DNA of 64,000 bases, taken from positions 16,058,001-16,122,000 of the forward strand of contig NW_026262581.1 of assembly GCF_021869535.1 (NCBI RefSeq), given 5' to 3'. The notes below the pieces were generated by a model that had not been told where the DNA came from, made no database searches, and worked only from the letters and a program-made list of their open reading frames with translations. A program made the translations under genes and the position numbers. This stretch comes from Mytilus californianus. Its lineage: Eukaryota. Numbering within the stretch: position 1 is the first letter of the stretch; every line of letters starts with the position of its first letter. This document shows positions 62,665-64,000 of the stretch, piece by piece.

Positions 62665-64000
62665 CTACAGAAAAAAAACAAGAACAAAGTCATGTAAGTT
62701 CATGCCTATTTGTTTCAGGAAAATCGTATTGCAATAACTACATGAATATGTAACTAATAAACAAAATTTCATTTAAAATTGAATATGATAAAAATATGAA
62801 CAGTTTTAAAATTTGAATATCATTCGGATCTACAATGTCATTCACAGATGTATGCCTTGCTTGACATCTTGCAGTACATGTAAATGGCACTCCTGATAGT
62901 GACCTGAAATTATTACTGAAATGAAAAGCTTAGAATTTTTTTACTGTAGGTTCTGATTTAGTTATTAAATATTGGACTTATTTTAGGTAGAAAAATATCT
63001 GTAAAAAGGACATAATATGTATACAATATATTCCGTCTAAGTGTGCTTGTTTACAGAATAACAAATTGTAAAAAAGCGTCTATTTATTGCAAATGAAATG
63101 TGCTAGACAACCGCTAGAACAACATTGTTATATACAAATATGTATAATGTTTTGGTAACAGGATATATGACAGCTTTTATTTATTTATTTTTACTGTTGC
63201 TGTTTAAAAGTTCCCGTCATACTTACAAAATATAATAAGAATAGAAAGCTGTACATTGGACGTTAGTTACTTTGTCTAAAATAGATGTCGGAATCAGGTT
63301 CAAAATAGAAGATTTTTTTCTAATGAGAATGAGACTGCTTAATAACACCGAAAGTGATATTTAATAAGCCTATCATAAGGTATCCATATTGTCTATAAAT
63401 TAACAACCGCCAAATTGCCCAACAAAGAGTAACGATACACAATCAAATGGAAGAAACATTGGGGAAAAGCCCAGGGGACAACATTTCTCCATATTTAAAA
63501 AAAACACAAGGTATATGGTTGGCTACATGTAAGTATTAATTCCTTTCTGTAACTTCGGATGGTCACTTAGCAACAGTTTCAATAACGGACTTGTGTACAG
63601 AAACAAAACTTTAGACCATTTTAGTAATTCAATAGAACAGAAAACGAAATTGCACAAGAGAATAAAACACACACATAAAAACCCGCTAAACTAACGAATG
63701 AAATCTTTTAATACCAGTTAGGTATAACAATGAGGATGTTCTGAAACATACATATTAAGTTCAGTTATAGTTTTCCTTGTATTCTGGTTATTTTTTTTTT
63801 AATAGATATTGTGAGAATTTCTTTGTAAAATTAATTTCAGGGATTCTTAAGATATTTTCATGAATAATTGCATCTACCGAATCAATATAAAATATATTTC
63901 CATATTCCACCTTTTTTGCCGAAGGAAATGGTGATCATTAATATCTATTAATTCATACAACGGCATCTTTTCCTGGGAAAGTAATGTTTTTGTAATACTG

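Noticed and set aside
62834-62915. Extra Kv4 cassette exon
   Set aside because: Possible lengths of 82 or 70 nt would frameshift between phase-0 exons, and there is no Kv4 similarity.

Overview
AT-rich, intron-rich animal genomic DNA, not prokaryotic. The repeat families suggest a bivalve mollusc, most likely Mytilus (inference). Almost all ORFs in the supplied track are spurious or partial exons. Three spliced genes can be rebuilt by hand. (1) The last four coding exons of an SSUH2-like gene (+, 1923-6613). (2) A complete tandem paralogue with 13 coding exons and 388 aa (+, 9951-32516). (3) The last three coding exons of a Shal/Kv4 (KCND) potassium channel (-, 62664-56418), convergent with the SSUH2 pair. 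The rest is mobile and repeated DNA: several non-autonomous Helentron/DINE-1-like (HINE) elements with internal tandem arrays, a 2.9-kb TTAA-flanked Kolobok-like element, a 613-bp MITE with long TIRs, Penelope-like RT remnants, and a dispersed family carrying minimal hammerhead ribozymes. The most unusual observation is a 4.5-kb intronic minisatellite (62 bp x ~72) that appears to be an amplified copy of the intron's own 5' splice site. Each unit holds a 3' splice-site-like AG, an 11-nt pseudo-exon, a consensus GTAAGT donor and two UGUUUGUUU motifs.
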